A stretch of 37,949 nt of DNA from a virus (IMGVR_UViG_3300044698_000081:1-37949); one strand, 5' to 3'; numbered from the stretch's first letter, positions 1-9,613 are shown. A program made the numbers and translations. The notes: generated from the letters alone by a model not told the origin.

Positions 1-127
1 CGGTCAGTGACCATCATGAACTGTGGGCGCCGACCGGTCTCAACAATGTCATCTTCGATAGCTTCTACCAGTTCGAGGGCGTCACCCCGCAACAGGTTTC
101 GCCACGAACCGCCTCGGGGTTTACCGG
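1..127. repeat. 127-bp direct terminal overlap (copy 1), circular assembly
   Basis: Identical to 37823-37949 (cggtcagtgacc...gtttaccgg). Confidence 0.97.
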
Positions 128-149
128 TCATCAGATCGTCAACGTCCAT
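1..149 (-). CDS. Small HTH-like protein, 5' part; continues across the junction at 37822..37735 (78 aa total)
   Basis: ATG at 149 with GAAGGG upstream; MDVDDLMTGKPRGG...DRLNRLGVSVTHSTVSRHFKSFARSVDVEW* is open across the circular junction and overlaps the phosphoesterase start. Confidence 0.7.
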   Translation of the reverse strand, partial: MDVDDLMTGKPRGGSWRNLLRGDALELVEAIEDDIVETGRRPQFMMVTD

Positions 150-245
150 GGGTTTCCCTTCGTCGCAAGCCTTCGGGGAATGTCAAGAGATCCTTTACTT
201 TCGTGGTGTCGAGAATGTCAGAAACTAAGGGTCAATTTCTGACCA

Positions 246-425
246 CTAGCCTTCGGGTGTCATGTACCCGGCAGCCACCGTCATCAGGACGGCAACGGAC
301 GAACCAACCTCGACGGGAATGTCAACGTCGGCGAACTGGCGCAACACCCAAACCAGGATCGAGGCGAAAGCCCCCCCGATCATCGCGGCGGTGATCTTCG
401 TGGTTGGCGTGTACTTTGAACTCAT
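246..425 (-). CDS. Holin-like small membrane protein (2 TM segments)
   Basis: MSSKYTPTTKITAAMIGGAFASILVWVL...; GAAGGAG RBS; downstream of endolysin. Confidence 0.7.
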   Translation of the reverse strand: MSSKYTPTTKITAAMIGGAFASILVWVLRQFADVDIPVEVGSSVAVLMTVAAGYMTPEG

Positions 426-438
426 CGGTACTCCTTCA

Positions 439-801
439 TCAGATGGGTGTCCCGCCGATGTCACCGGTAGACCGTCGCTGACAGTCGACAAGCCGAACGT
501 TCAAAGCGTCCCGCTCGTGGGTGAGGGATGCGACCAGCTTGGTAAGCGTCTCGTTTTGTGTGGTCAAATGGTCGATGGTTCCAGCGTCCACATCAGCCCG
601 GGTCGTGTACCCTTGTGATAGGACCCGCCAGGCGAACGCCAGGACCGCGACGACACCACCGAGGGTCCCTCCGATCAGCAGGGGGGACCCGTCGTTGACA
701 GCCGTTTGTATGGCGACCATCGACCCGGCACCAGATATGAACACGGACCCGACCGGCGTGTATTTGAGGAGAACGGCGTTCTCGATCACACTGCTAAACA
801 T
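439..801 (-). CDS. Lysis-cassette membrane protein with C-terminal coiled coil
   Basis: Hydrophobic LLIGGTLGGVVAVLAFAW followed by heptad-like LTTQNETLTKLVASLTHERDAL; lies between endolysin and holin. Confidence 0.6.
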   Translation of the reverse strand: MFSSVIENAVLLKYTPVGSVFISGAGSMVAIQTAVNDGSPLLIGGTLGGVVAVLAFAWRVLSQGYTTRADVDAGTIDHLTTQNETLTKLVASLTHERDALNVRLVDCQRRSTGDIGGTPI

Positions 802-847
802 GCTGTGGTCTTCCTGTTGTCGGGTGTCGGGGTCCACGTACATAACG

Positions 848-1687
848 TCACTGTGACGTGATACGTCGGACGAGTTCGGCAGTGACCGCCTTAGTGACCA
901 CATCCACGTCAAGTCGGGGCATCCCGGCGATAACCTCGGCGATCATGTCGGACAGGCGGGCTTCCACGTCGACGATTTCGGCGGATTCTTCGAGGCCTGC
1001 GACGGTGTGCCCACGGAATTGGCGGATCAGGTCTACGGCGAATCCGATGGCGCCACCGTTGGAACCGCGGGCGACCAGCGCCTCATGCATGTCGTGAAGG
1101 GTTTTGGCTTCAGCGTCTGTGATGGCCATGTTGTCTCCTTGGGTTGGTTGGGGCAGGATGGCAGCGATGAGCGGGTACAAATGGGCGCCCGGGCAGGCGG
1201 TGGCCTTCCAGTCGCGGTGCCCTGAAACGGGGCCGCCCGGCAGGTTGACAAACGCGGTCGGGTCGTAGTCGACTACCCATTGTTCGACTGCGGTGACCGC
1301 GTCGGCCAACAGTCGCGGGGCGGGGTGGTTGTGGAAGTCACCAGCCCACCCAACCCCGATCCCAGCCGTGTTGTGGTTTTTGGTGTGTGCCCCGGTCAGG
1401 TACATACCCCGCCCTTCGACGAGCAGTACCGTGTCGTCGACCATGTAGAAGGCGACCAGATTGTAGGGGACGTCCAGGCCGAGGTCGGGGCGGACCGTCT
1501 GCAAATAGGCGGCTTTGATCAGGACCTCAGGGCGGGTTTCCCACGTGTTGCGGGTGATGTCGTTGTCAACGGTCACGGTGTGATGGTGGATCAGTTCGGT
1601 GCGGGCGGCCGGGTCGACATCGTAACCAAGACGGGGCGGGGACGGGTTGTAACCGGCCTGAGCGCGGGGGACGAAAACGATTTCCAT
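848..1687 (-). CDS. Endolysin, N-acetylmuramoyl-L-alanine amidase (Amidase_2/PGRP-like)
   Basis: Motifs IHHHT, YNL, EGRG, GAHTKNHN, GHRDWKATACPG; start MEIVF with GAAAGGG RBS. Confidence 0.9.
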   Translation of the reverse strand: MEIVFVPRAQAGYNPSPPRLGYDVDPAARTELIHHHTVTVDNDITRNTWETRPEVLIKAAYLQTVRPDLGLDVPYNLVAFYMVDDTVLLVEGRGMYLTGAHTKNHNTAGIGVGWAGDFHNHPAPRLLADAVTAVEQWVVDYDPTAFVNLPGGPVSGHRDWKATACPGAHLYPLIAAILPQPTQGDNMAITDAEAKTLHDMHEALVARGSNGGAIGFAVDLIRQFRGHTVAGLEESAEIVDVEARLSDMIAEVIAGMPRLDVDVVTKAVTAELVRRITSQ

Positions 1688-1698
1688 GTTCAGCCCTT

Positions 1699-4600
1699 TC
1701 AGATGGTTGCCGACCAGTAACACACCCGCGCCCCAGACGTGCCAGCCCGGGTCAACGTGAACGTGGTCGCACCAATCGCGGTGACCCATACGAGTTCGTT
1801 TCCGTCAGATGACACGGTCACAGACGTTGGGGTGCCGGTCATACCGTGGGTGACCGATTGTGTGGCTGCCGTGTCAATGATGGTGGCGGTGCCGGTATCG
1901 ACCGTGGCGGCCGACACCATACCCGGAACCGTTTCGGCTATGTCCGGGGTTGTACCAGAGAAAACGTTGCCGATGTACTTAGACGACGCGTGTTTGGCTG
2001 CCGCCGCCGCATACGCGACCGTGCAGTTAGAGAACGTGTTAGCCACTATCGCGGTGGGGTTCGAGGTGAGCCGTATCCCTTTGGCAGACGATTCGAACGT
2101 GTTGGCAACTATCGTAACGTTGGAGGTGGCGTCGGTGGGTTCTAAATGAATCGACGTGGTTGTTGTCGACCGAAACTGGTTTCCGGCGATGGCGAGTTGG
2201 CTGAACGTCGACCCGAAACAGAAAACCCCGTATGTGCCGCCCACAAAGTAATTGTTGGTGATAGACGCAACGTCGGCGTCAGCGTTGACCCCATACGTGA
2301 ATGTTCCGCCGAACGTGCACCCGTCCACGAACATGGTCCCGTCGCGGTCACCTTCAATCCCGTACGTACAATCAAAAAAATCACAGTCGCTGATCCGGGT
2401 GGTTCCGGTGGTTCGAAAATGGAGGACCCCTTTATTGAACCCTTCGAACGTGACCCTGTTGATGGTGGTGTCATGGGTCGATCCGGCCAGGTTCGAGAAA
2501 ATGCCGGTCGGTGTCCCACTGGTGGACACGTCCACCAAACGGAAATCCTGGTAGACGCCCCGCCCCCCCGCCGCGTGCTGTTGAATGAATGCCGACGAGG
2601 TAGACGCCGACCGGATGATGGTCGAGTCGCCTGCCCCTTGAAACACGAACTCCCAATCTTCGAAGTCGAGCACATCAGAGAAGTTGTAGCCGCCTTCCAT
2701 CAAATACACGGATCCGCCTTCAGCGCTGAACCGCGACGTCATCCCCGCCTTGATCGTCACATCATCAGCCACCCCGGTGCACACAATGTGGGCGCCCGCC
2801 GGGTCAAGTGTGTCTGATGCGGCAACAATCAGCGTGTGAGGTCCAACCGCCGGGGTGATAGCCACGGGGATCGGATCCAACGACCTTCCACCCCGCCGCC
2901 GCTCATACTTGTTGAGGAGCCGGTTGACCGCGGCGGCCATAGCGCTGTCGGCGGTGTGCACTGTGGAGGCGTGGAGCGTGTACGACGCCAAGTCGCCATG
3001 TGTCCAACTGATACGCTTGACCCGTCGGGCTTCCTTGGCGAGCACCCCCGGAAACTGCCACCACACCGTGTCACCCTCCAGGTAATGGACAAGGGGAACG
3101 GTCGGGTCGTCACCGTCAACGGTCGCCTGGGTAGCAGTCAGGTTCGTGGCTTGCTCGGCGAACTGTGCGGCCAATAGTTCCTGCAACGAAGCGGTAGAAC
3201 TCAAATGTTCGGCGTCGAAGACCCGTTCCCACCGACCAAAATTAGTGAGACGGGTAGCGTCGGTATCTTCCAGGTATGTGCCGTTGCCCCATGCCACCGC
3301 CGCCGTGTACGCAGGAACCCGCTTCACCACGTTCGCCGCACGAACCGTCCCGGTCATAACCGCAGGACCGCCGGTCGTCGCGGTCAAATCGGTTCCTGCC
3401 CCACCAGGCACAAGCAAATCCAGGTCGTGAGTGAACCCGCCGGACGGGGTAGCTTTAGGGGTAATACGCCACTCGTAACCTAAGCCTGCGAGGCCGTCGA
3501 GGACATGCCCTAAATGTTGGCCGAACGACGCGGTAAACGAGATAGCGCTAGCCCACGTGGTGCCGTCGGTGTCGGTCGTGTCGGTGAACCCGGAGATGTC
3601 CAGGAAGGTGAACGCGGTGCGTTCGACCTGCCCGTTCTCCACGAGGATACGAACGATCTCACCGGGGGTAGCTTCGGCGTCGCCTTCGTTGAGTGTGGCG
3701 TGCTGCCAATCCACCCGAAAGTCAGCGTACGTTGGTTGCACGACGGCGACCCGCATGATGATTTGGTTGACCCCGTCGGGGACGGTGAATTGTGGCACTG
3801 TGAGCGTTTGGTAGGTGCCTGCGGTGAGTGCTACTTCGTACGGGTTCGTTGCGGCTATCTGGTTTTCGTAGATGTCGCGGATGACCAACCGGTATTTGCC
3901 GTTCGAGTCAGGGCGGACCGGGAGCGAACAGTTCGAATACGTGTGACCTGGTTTCACTGACAGGATGATTTGTGAGCCGGCGAACTGACCGGTCGCGTTT
4001 ACCAGCAAAGCCCAGTCGGACCCGGTGTTCAACAGGGTTTCGACTACTTGGATGGCAGGGTCGGTGTAGGTGCCGTGAACTAGCGGGTCGATACGGGTGT
4101 CAGCGAACTGGCTTTGGGTGATCGGTGACGGGTCTAACGCCCCCGCTGTGATGAGGGTGAGGGTGGGGCCGTCGGGGTTGCCACCCGTCAACGAGTTCGC
4201 GATGGTGAACGTGGTCGGGTTGGGCGGGTCGTAGAACGTGATAACCCACGGGTCTGATTCGCCTGCGGTAATCGACGTGAGTGTGGACGTGCCACCAGTT
4301 AGCAGCGTGTCATCTTTGGCTACCGATGACGGGTTGTTGGGGTTGTTGAACGTGATTACCCACGGCGACCCGACCGTCCCCGCACCGGTGACGGTGGTGG
4401 AAGTAACGATAGTGAGCGCTTGGAGTGCGGTGTCAACTGTGGCGGCTGCCGCGTTGTACGCCCACGTCGCGGTTTCGTCGACCCCGTCGACCGTGACTGT
4501 GAGTCCTTGTGATCCTCCGGTGGCGGTGTTGTACAGTTCTATGACTTCCCGAACCGAGCTGTTGCCACCGGCGACGGTCACATCGTTAACAGTCGTGAGG

Positions 4601-5154
4601 GTTTGCAAACGGTTCTCAATGACAGTCGGCGACACAATCGAAAAGTCGATCGCGGTGGTGATTTGCCCATCAACCGTGAGGGTGAAGCTGCCACCGGTGG
4701 CGTCATGCCACAACTCCCACACCTCGCGAACGTTCCCCAAGTCAGCCAACACCAACGATGGGATGATGGTGGGGCCACCCCAAACCCAATCCTGCGCGGT
4801 AGAAATATCGTTCGGATAGTTATACGGGTACACCGCAAGTTTCTCAACCAGGCCGTTCACCTGTGTACCTGAGATGGTGATCGTGTTAGGACGGTCTACC
4901 GGCTGGTCTACTCGTTCGGCTAGGAACTCGTCAACGAGTGTGGCCCCGTCGAACACGCGGATAAGCGAACCGACCGTAGTCGATACGATCAGGCTTAGCC
5001 CATCCCAATCAGCCGGGACATGTAATGACCCGTCAGTGTACGACGACAGTTCCCTCGTGCCGGTCGATCCGGCGAGGGCGGGGACGTCGGTGATCTTCTG
5101 AAACGTTGCGGCGGTGGGCAACGTCCACGCTTCGAATCGCAGCCGGCCGCTCAT
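1699..5154 (-). CDS. Minor tail/hub protein with carbohydrate-binding insert and C-terminal right-handed beta-helix (putative depolymerase / receptor-binding)
   Basis: Follows Dit with ATGA overlap; CTGVADDVTI...GGSVYLMEGGY...GAGDST pectate-lyase-like start and repeated IxxNxF rungs. Confidence 0.8.
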   Translation of the reverse strand: MSGRLRFEAWTLPTAATFQKITDVPALAGSTGTRELSSYTDGSLHVPADWDGLSLIVSTTVGSLIRVFDGATLVDEFLAERVDQPVDRPNTITISGTQVNGLVEKLAVYPYNYPNDISTAQDWVWGGPTIIPSLVLADLGNVREVWELWHDATGGSFTLTVDGQITTAIDFSIVSPTVIENRLQTLTTVNDVTVAGGNSSVREVIELYNTATGGSQGLTVTVDGVDETATWAYNAAAATVDTALQALTIVTSTTVTGAGTVGSPWVITFNNPNNPSSVAKDDTLLTGGTSTLTSITAGESDPWVITFYDPPNPTTFTIANSLTGGNPDGPTLTLITAGALDPSPITQSQFADTRIDPLVHGTYTDPAIQVVETLLNTGSDWALLVNATGQFAGSQIILSVKPGHTYSNCSLPVRPDSNGKYRLVIRDIYENQIAATNPYEVALTAGTYQTLTVPQFTVPDGVNQIIMRVAVVQPTYADFRVDWQHATLNEGDAEATPGEIVRILVENGQVERTAFTFLDISGFTDTTDTDGTTWASAISFTASFGQHLGHVLDGLAGLGYEWRITPKATPSGGFTHDLDLLVPGGAGTDLTATTGGPAVMTGTVRAANVVKRVPAYTAAVAWGNGTYLEDTDATRLTNFGRWERVFDAEHLSSTASLQELLAAQFAEQATNLTATQATVDGDDPTVPLVHYLEGDTVWWQFPGVLAKEARRVKRISWTHGDLASYTLHASTVHTADSAMAAAVNRLLNKYERRRGGRSLDPIPVAITPAVGPHTLIVAASDTLDPAGAHIVCTGVADDVTIKAGMTSRFSAEGGSVYLMEGGYNFSDVLDFEDWEFVFQGAGDSTIIRSASTSSAFIQQHAAGGRGVYQDFRLVDVSTSGTPTGIFSNLAGSTHDTTINRVTFEGFNKGVLHFRTTGTTRISDCDFFDCTYGIEGDRDGTMFVDGCTFGGTFTYGVNADADVASITNNYFVGGTYGVFCFGSTFSQLAIAGNQFRSTTTTSIHLEPTDATSNVTIVANTFESSAKGIRLTSNPTAIVANTFSNCTVAYAAAAAKHASSKYIGNVFSGTTPDIAETVPGMVSAATVDTGTATIIDTAATQSVTHGMTGTPTSVTVSSDGNELVWVTAIGATTFTLTRAGTSGARVCYWSATI

Positions 5155-5897
5155 GCCCACCGGTTCCGGTACTTGATCGTCCCTGTGCCGGTGAACGTTT
5201 GAGCACCGTCCGGATCCAACCTGAGCCACCATGGCTGAGTGAACGTGACCGAACCGCGCACATCAGCCGGTGTACCAGAAGAATCTAGGATCGTCCCGGC
5301 GCCCACATCAACCGTCACCGGATAAGTAGGGCCGGCCGCGGCGGTGATCGACTCAACGACACCGTCAGCGTGCGTGTGGGTGATTGTGGTGGCAGAAGCG
5401 AACACGACGATCGGGTCATGTATGCGACGGTTCCCACCGGTAGTCACCCCGGTAGTCGCCACAGACGTTTGGGCGGTGGTCTGCCAAGACCCCGACGGGC
5501 AGGTAAGCACCCACCGGACAGTTCGCCACCCGTCAGCCGACACAGGCGGATCCAACAACCTGACCAACGCCCGAACAGCCCCAATATGTGGGACGGTCCG
5601 GGCGAGAGTCACCAGACCTGTGCCGGCTAGTTCCTTCTGAATCAGATGCAAGTTCTCGTAGGCGTGACCTGGCGCACCGTCAGCATGGGTGATGGCACCC
5701 GACGAGTTCGTAGCGCGAATAACCGTTTTCAGAACTATCGTCCTGGGCCCGTAGGGTGCTTGTGTGTCAAGTCGGATACCGTCACGGTGTGGGACTCTTA
5801 TCCCTGAGTCAAGGAACGACGAACCAAACTCGTCCTCAACGAACGCGGCTGACGCCACGTTAGATAGGGTCAGCGATCCGAGGGTTTCAGCCGACAT
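5151..5897 (-). CDS. Distal tail protein (Dit-like)
   Basis: Immediately after tape measure; RVPHRDG, YGPRTIVL, WLRLDP...IKYRNRW pattern. Confidence 0.75.
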   Translation of the reverse strand: MSAETLGSLTLSNVASAAFVEDEFGSSFLDSGIRVPHRDGIRLDTQAPYGPRTIVLKTVIRATNSSGAITHADGAPGHAYENLHLIQKELAGTGLVTLARTVPHIGAVRALVRLLDPPVSADGWRTVRWVLTCPSGSWQTTAQTSVATTGVTTGGNRRIHDPIVVFASATTITHTHADGVVESITAAAGPTYPVTVDVGAGTILDSSGTPADVRGSVTFTQPWWLRLDPDGAQTFTGTGTIKYRNRWA

Positions 5898-7753
5898 TAT
5901 GTTTCCATCCTGCGTAGAACGGCGTACATAGCTCCGGCTCGTAGTGCGTCGAGGGCGGCATCGCCGGTTCCCTGCATGTTGATGTTGATAGTTGACCCGG
6001 CACCACCGAACCCGGTCTTGTGGGTAGGTAGGATCGTTTCGCCGGCGTGAGCGAGAACAACCTGTGGTGAACCCAACGGGCCAGCAACAACACCACCATG
6101 ATCGAACGCCTGCCCAGGTCCCGTGCCGATTGGGACTTTGTTGCCGGACGATGTGGTGATGCTTCCCGATGGGACAGATCCGATAGCTGCCCCGAGATCG
6201 TAAAACGATTGGATCAGGAACCGTATCTGGTCGTCGGTGAGCCCCGCCCTGCGACCCATTTCTTCGAGGGCAGCAATGGCGGACTTGCCGGAACCCTGAG
6301 CGAACTCTAACTGTGCGGCTGACAGGTCGGCTTGGGACTTGGTCACGTCCAACAGGGCGTCGCCGTATTCGTCGGAAGCGGTCTCACCGGCAGCTTGTAG
6401 TTCGATGACTTTCTGTAGGGCTGCTTCGTGTTTTTGGGCGGCGTCGATCAGCTTGTACAACGGGTCGAGTTGTTTCTGTTCCTCAGTCAACCGTTTTTGG
6501 GCTTCGGTCGCTAACCCCAACTGTGTGGTCAGGTCAGCGTTAGATTCGGTCAGGACTTCGGTGGCACCAGCCAGCCCCTCAACGTCACGCTGAGCGGCAG
6601 CGGCTTGACGACCCTGCTCATGCACCTTCTTGGCCGACTCGTCAATAGCGTCAGCCATTTCGTTGGCTTCTTCTTGCGACATGTGCATCATGTCGGCGTG
6701 TTCCCGAATGAAATCGGCAGCCGACGACGCTTCTTCACCGGACAGACCAAACATGGTGGCAGCTTCGTCCAACACCAGGTTAACGTCGGAACCCCGGGCG
6801 GCCATATCAGCCAGCGCCGTCAAAAAGTTTTGGCGGGCATCCTCAGAGAAAGCACCGATCTCTTGGCGCATGTTCTCAACGACCGCCGCCAAATCGGCGG
6901 ACGCCTTCCGGGGCGGGTCAAGAGCATGAGCTAACTGGCCTGCACTCGTAACGAACGTGCCGACCATGTCACCGGCCAGCTTGTATCCGGCGGCGATAGG
7001 ACCGGCAGACACGTCAGCCAACGCAGCTTTGGCGTCCTCCTTTTGGGCGATCATCGCTTTGCGGGCTGCGACAAGATCGTTGGTTCCGTCAGCAGCCGAA
7101 GTGAGCGCGTCAGCCGACTTTTCCATGATGGCGTCCAACGACACCTGCGCGGTAGCCAACTGCAACGCCTGCCCGGTCAGGTCAGACTGACCGGTTTCTA
7201 ACAGGCGGGCCTTAACCTCCGCGTCAGACAGTTTGATACCCAGCTCGACCAGGCCGTCCCGTTCACCCAACAGCGCTTTGGTGATTTTCTCGACGGCGTC
7301 CTTCGCGGTGACGGTGCCACCCGTCCACACGGACAGGGCATCACCCGTCTCCAAAATCTTCTGCGAATATTCAAGGGCGGTATCACGAGCTAACCCCATC
7401 GGGACGAGCAGGTCGCCGGTGGCGGCCAACAAACCCAGGGTGGCGTCCTTGCCCATCCCCATTGATTCATTGACCCGGTCAGCCCACAATTCGGCGTCTT
7501 TGCCCATGTCACCGAACACCACCGACGACCGGGTGCGGGCCGCTTCGTTGGCGATGGCCAGCTCGCCCATTTGGTCGGCGAACCGAACGACCGCCCCGGC
7601 AGCCTGCACACCGAACGCGGCAACTATCGCCACAGACGCTTTGCCGAAACCGTCAGACGTCTTCTTGACGTTCCGATCAATGTTGCCGAGGCTCCGGGCG
7701 GCGTCCTTATCGTCAACAATAAAATCGATGACAATGTTTCGTTTACCCGCCAT
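5897..7753 (-). CDS. Tape measure protein
   Basis: 618 aa, Ala-rich helical; KALLGERDGLVELGI motif; C-terminal FDHGGVV...AHAGETILP. Confidence 0.9.
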   Translation of the reverse strand: MAGKRNIVIDFIVDDKDAARSLGNIDRNVKKTSDGFGKASVAIVAAFGVQAAGAVVRFADQMGELAIANEAARTRSSVVFGDMGKDAELWADRVNESMGMGKDATLGLLAATGDLLVPMGLARDTALEYSQKILETGDALSVWTGGTVTAKDAVEKITKALLGERDGLVELGIKLSDAEVKARLLETGQSDLTGQALQLATAQVSLDAIMEKSADALTSAADGTNDLVAARKAMIAQKEDAKAALADVSAGPIAAGYKLAGDMVGTFVTSAGQLAHALDPPRKASADLAAVVENMRQEIGAFSEDARQNFLTALADMAARGSDVNLVLDEAATMFGLSGEEASSAADFIREHADMMHMSQEEANEMADAIDESAKKVHEQGRQAAAAQRDVEGLAGATEVLTESNADLTTQLGLATEAQKRLTEEQKQLDPLYKLIDAAQKHEAALQKVIELQAAGETASDEYGDALLDVTKSQADLSAAQLEFAQGSGKSAIAALEEMGRRAGLTDDQIRFLIQSFYDLGAAIGSVPSGSITTSSGNKVPIGTGPGQAFDHGGVVAGPLGSPQVVLAHAGETILPTHKTGFGGAGSTININMQGTGDAALDALRAGAMYAVLRRMET

Positions 7754-8016
7754 CAGACAACCGCCCCAACCACGGCAGACCCTGAATCAACAACCGGTCC
7801 CGCGTCTGGGAAGGCAAGGACACCCGTCTCAAGGAGCCAAGCGATCATGCTGTTGTATTCGTCGAACGACAACCGCCAAAACACTTCGGGGGTCCACCCG
7901 GTAGCGATACACACAACCGGTAAGAACTTGAGGAACGCCCGCTCTAACAGTTCATCGGAGATGTCCTGAATGGGGACTTCGCCGATAGGGACTTCAACCG
8001 TGCCAAACGTTGCCAC
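7753..8016 (-). CDS. Putative tail assembly chaperone
   Basis: Directly upstream of TMP; GWTPEVFWRLSFDEY motif; AGGAGG RBS. Confidence 0.55.
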   Translation of the reverse strand: MATFGTVEVPIGEVPIQDISDELLERAFLKFLPVVCIATGWTPEVFWRLSFDEYNSMIAWLLETGVLAFPDAGPVVDSGSAVVGAVV

Positions 8017-8025
8017 AGAACCCTC

Positions 8026-8514
8026 CTATTGGTTGAACCCGTCGAACGCCTCATACAATCGGTCGGCGTATTCGTCGGTTATGCGGGGGAGCATCTCCCG
8101 AATAACCGGATAAACCGCGTACCCGACACCGGCCGGAGGACCGTTACCGGCGGACCATTGGTTGCCCGACCAGGGAGGAAACACACGCCGCCGGAACGTG
8201 GCCTGTGACCTTCTGCGACCGAACACGGGAAGGATGTGCGCGCCGAACTCGACACCACGCACCACCGGGTTCGAGCCGAGCAACGCGATCGACGCGGAAC
8301 GTTGCCCGGCCCGGGCACGAATCCCTTTGGCCGCCTTGGCGGCGACCCGAGAAGGGACACCCGGCAAACCACGCATCCGGGATTGCGCTTTATCGGCGAC
8401 CTCGACGGAGATAGACTTGTGGGCTTTCTGCAACTGTTTCGGAATGGCCTTGTCGGCTTTCCGCAATGCCGCCTGTAATTCTTTGAGCCCTTCAACCCGC
8501 ATTTGGGTTTCCAT
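8026..8514 (-). CDS. HK97 gp10-like neck/tail completion protein
   Basis: MRVEGLKELQAALRK N-terminus, VEFG motif; TGATG overlap with upstream gene. Confidence 0.7.
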   Translation of the reverse strand: METQMRVEGLKELQAALRKADKAIPKQLQKAHKSISVEVADKAQSRMRGLPGVPSRVAAKAAKGIRARAGQRSASIALLGSNPVVRGVEFGAHILPVFGRRRSQATFRRRVFPPWSGNQWSAGNGPPAGVGYAVYPVIREMLPRITDEYADRLYEAFDGFNQ

Positions 8515-8891
8515 CAGGCGCGGCCGACAGCACCAGACACAGTCAAAGAACACGACCAGGACACCTTGTCTCCGACACCCGACGTGATCGTGTACCCAGT
8601 CACCAGGGCGTTGCCCGAGAAGGTGGTGGTCCCGGCGTTCGGTGAGAACGCCCAGGCGACTACTGCCCCGTCGAACGTGGCCCACAGGGCAGCGTCGGCG
8701 GTGACATCCCACGAACCCGAAGCGGCCACGGTGGCACCTTTGAGACCACCTATGTACGCTTTGTCGTCGTTGCCGAACACGGTGACTTCGGCCAGTTCGG
8801 CCAGCCGGTCCAACGTGGACTGGTCGGTGTATGCGGTGACGGCTGTGCCGTCGATTGAGAGGGTGGACGTGCGTCCGTGGACAAAAGCCAT
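8514..8891 (-). CDS. Tail tube protein (short paralog)
   Basis: EVTVFGNDDKAYIGGLKGATVAASG; FSGNALVTGY; WSCSLTVSG. Confidence 0.75.
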   Translation of the reverse strand: MAFVHGRTSTLSIDGTAVTAYTDQSTLDRLAELAEVTVFGNDDKAYIGGLKGATVAASGSWDVTADAALWATFDGAVVAWAFSPNAGTTTFSGNALVTGYTITSGVGDKVSWSCSLTVSGAVGRA

Positions 8892-8899
8892 GATGCTCC

Positions 8900-9613
8900 T
8901 TAGTTGGTGTGCTTGTTACGAACGAATGACACTGCGAACGTGATAGTGGTGAACGTGCCGGTCAGTTCGACCCGGGCGTACCGGTTGACGGTGCCCGTGG
9001 CCGTAGACCGCTCCGACGTGACACCCGACACAGACGAGAAGGTGTGCAGGTCAGCGAATATCGAGTCGTCTGTCGAGTCGGTCACTTTGACGGTGGCGTT
9101 GGTGCCGGTGAACGCGGTCACATGCAACTGGGCGACCGACCCGGACGACGTTGACGCTGTGTTATCAACCGACGTGAAGTTCGCGCCGGCAGTACGAGCG
9201 ACGAGCGGATGCAAAATCAGACCGAACCGGACCCCCGTGTCACCAGTGAGCCCGGCGTTGACACGGACGGCGTCGTTGTTTATGGCACGAATCTGATACG
9301 ACGCCTGTTTGGATTGGAGCATCGCCGCCGCGTTGCCGATAGTCGCGTAGCCGGGCCAGGCAACCGTGACAACTTGGGTGCCGCCCAACGCCGTGTTCAA
9401 CACTTCGTCGACCGCCGACGCTGCACCGTCAAACAACCCGCCCAAAGACGCGGAGCCTTCCTCGAGGCCGCCAATGTACGTGTGGTCGTCTAACCCGAAC
9501 ACAGTCGTTTTGACAGCCTGCGCCTTTTTTGACACGGACCCTTGGTTGAGGTAGGCGGTCAGGTCGAACTCGTCGACCAGGACATTGGTGTTTTTGCCGT
9601 GAATGAACGCCAT
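8900..9613 (-). CDS. Tail tube-like protein (long paralog with C-terminal beta domain)
   Basis: KTTVFGLDDHTYIGGLEEGSASLGG, homologous to 8514..8891. Confidence 0.7.
   Translation of the reverse strand: MAFIHGKNTNVLVDEFDLTAYLNQGSVSKKAQAVKTTVFGLDDHTYIGGLEEGSASLGGLFDGAASAVDEVLNTALGGTQVVTVAWPGYATIGNAAAMLQSKQASYQIRAINNDAVRVNAGLTGDTGVRFGLILHPLVARTAGANFTSVDNTASTSSGSVAQLHVTAFTGTNATVKVTDSTDDSIFADLHTFSSVSGVTSERSTATGTVNRYARVELTGTFTTITFAVSFVRNKHTN

Noticed and set aside
1-127. Biological direct terminal repeat
   Set aside because: It falls mid-gene, its length fits an assembler k-mer, and the HNH/terminase layout points to cos ends near 20250
1699-5154. Diversity-generating retroelement target
   Set aside because: No reverse transcriptase and no template/variable repeat pair seen
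7753-8514. Programmed -1 frameshift for tail chaperones
   Set aside because: Only one short chaperone-like ORF precedes the tape measure gene and I saw no XXXYYYZ slippery site joining two frames
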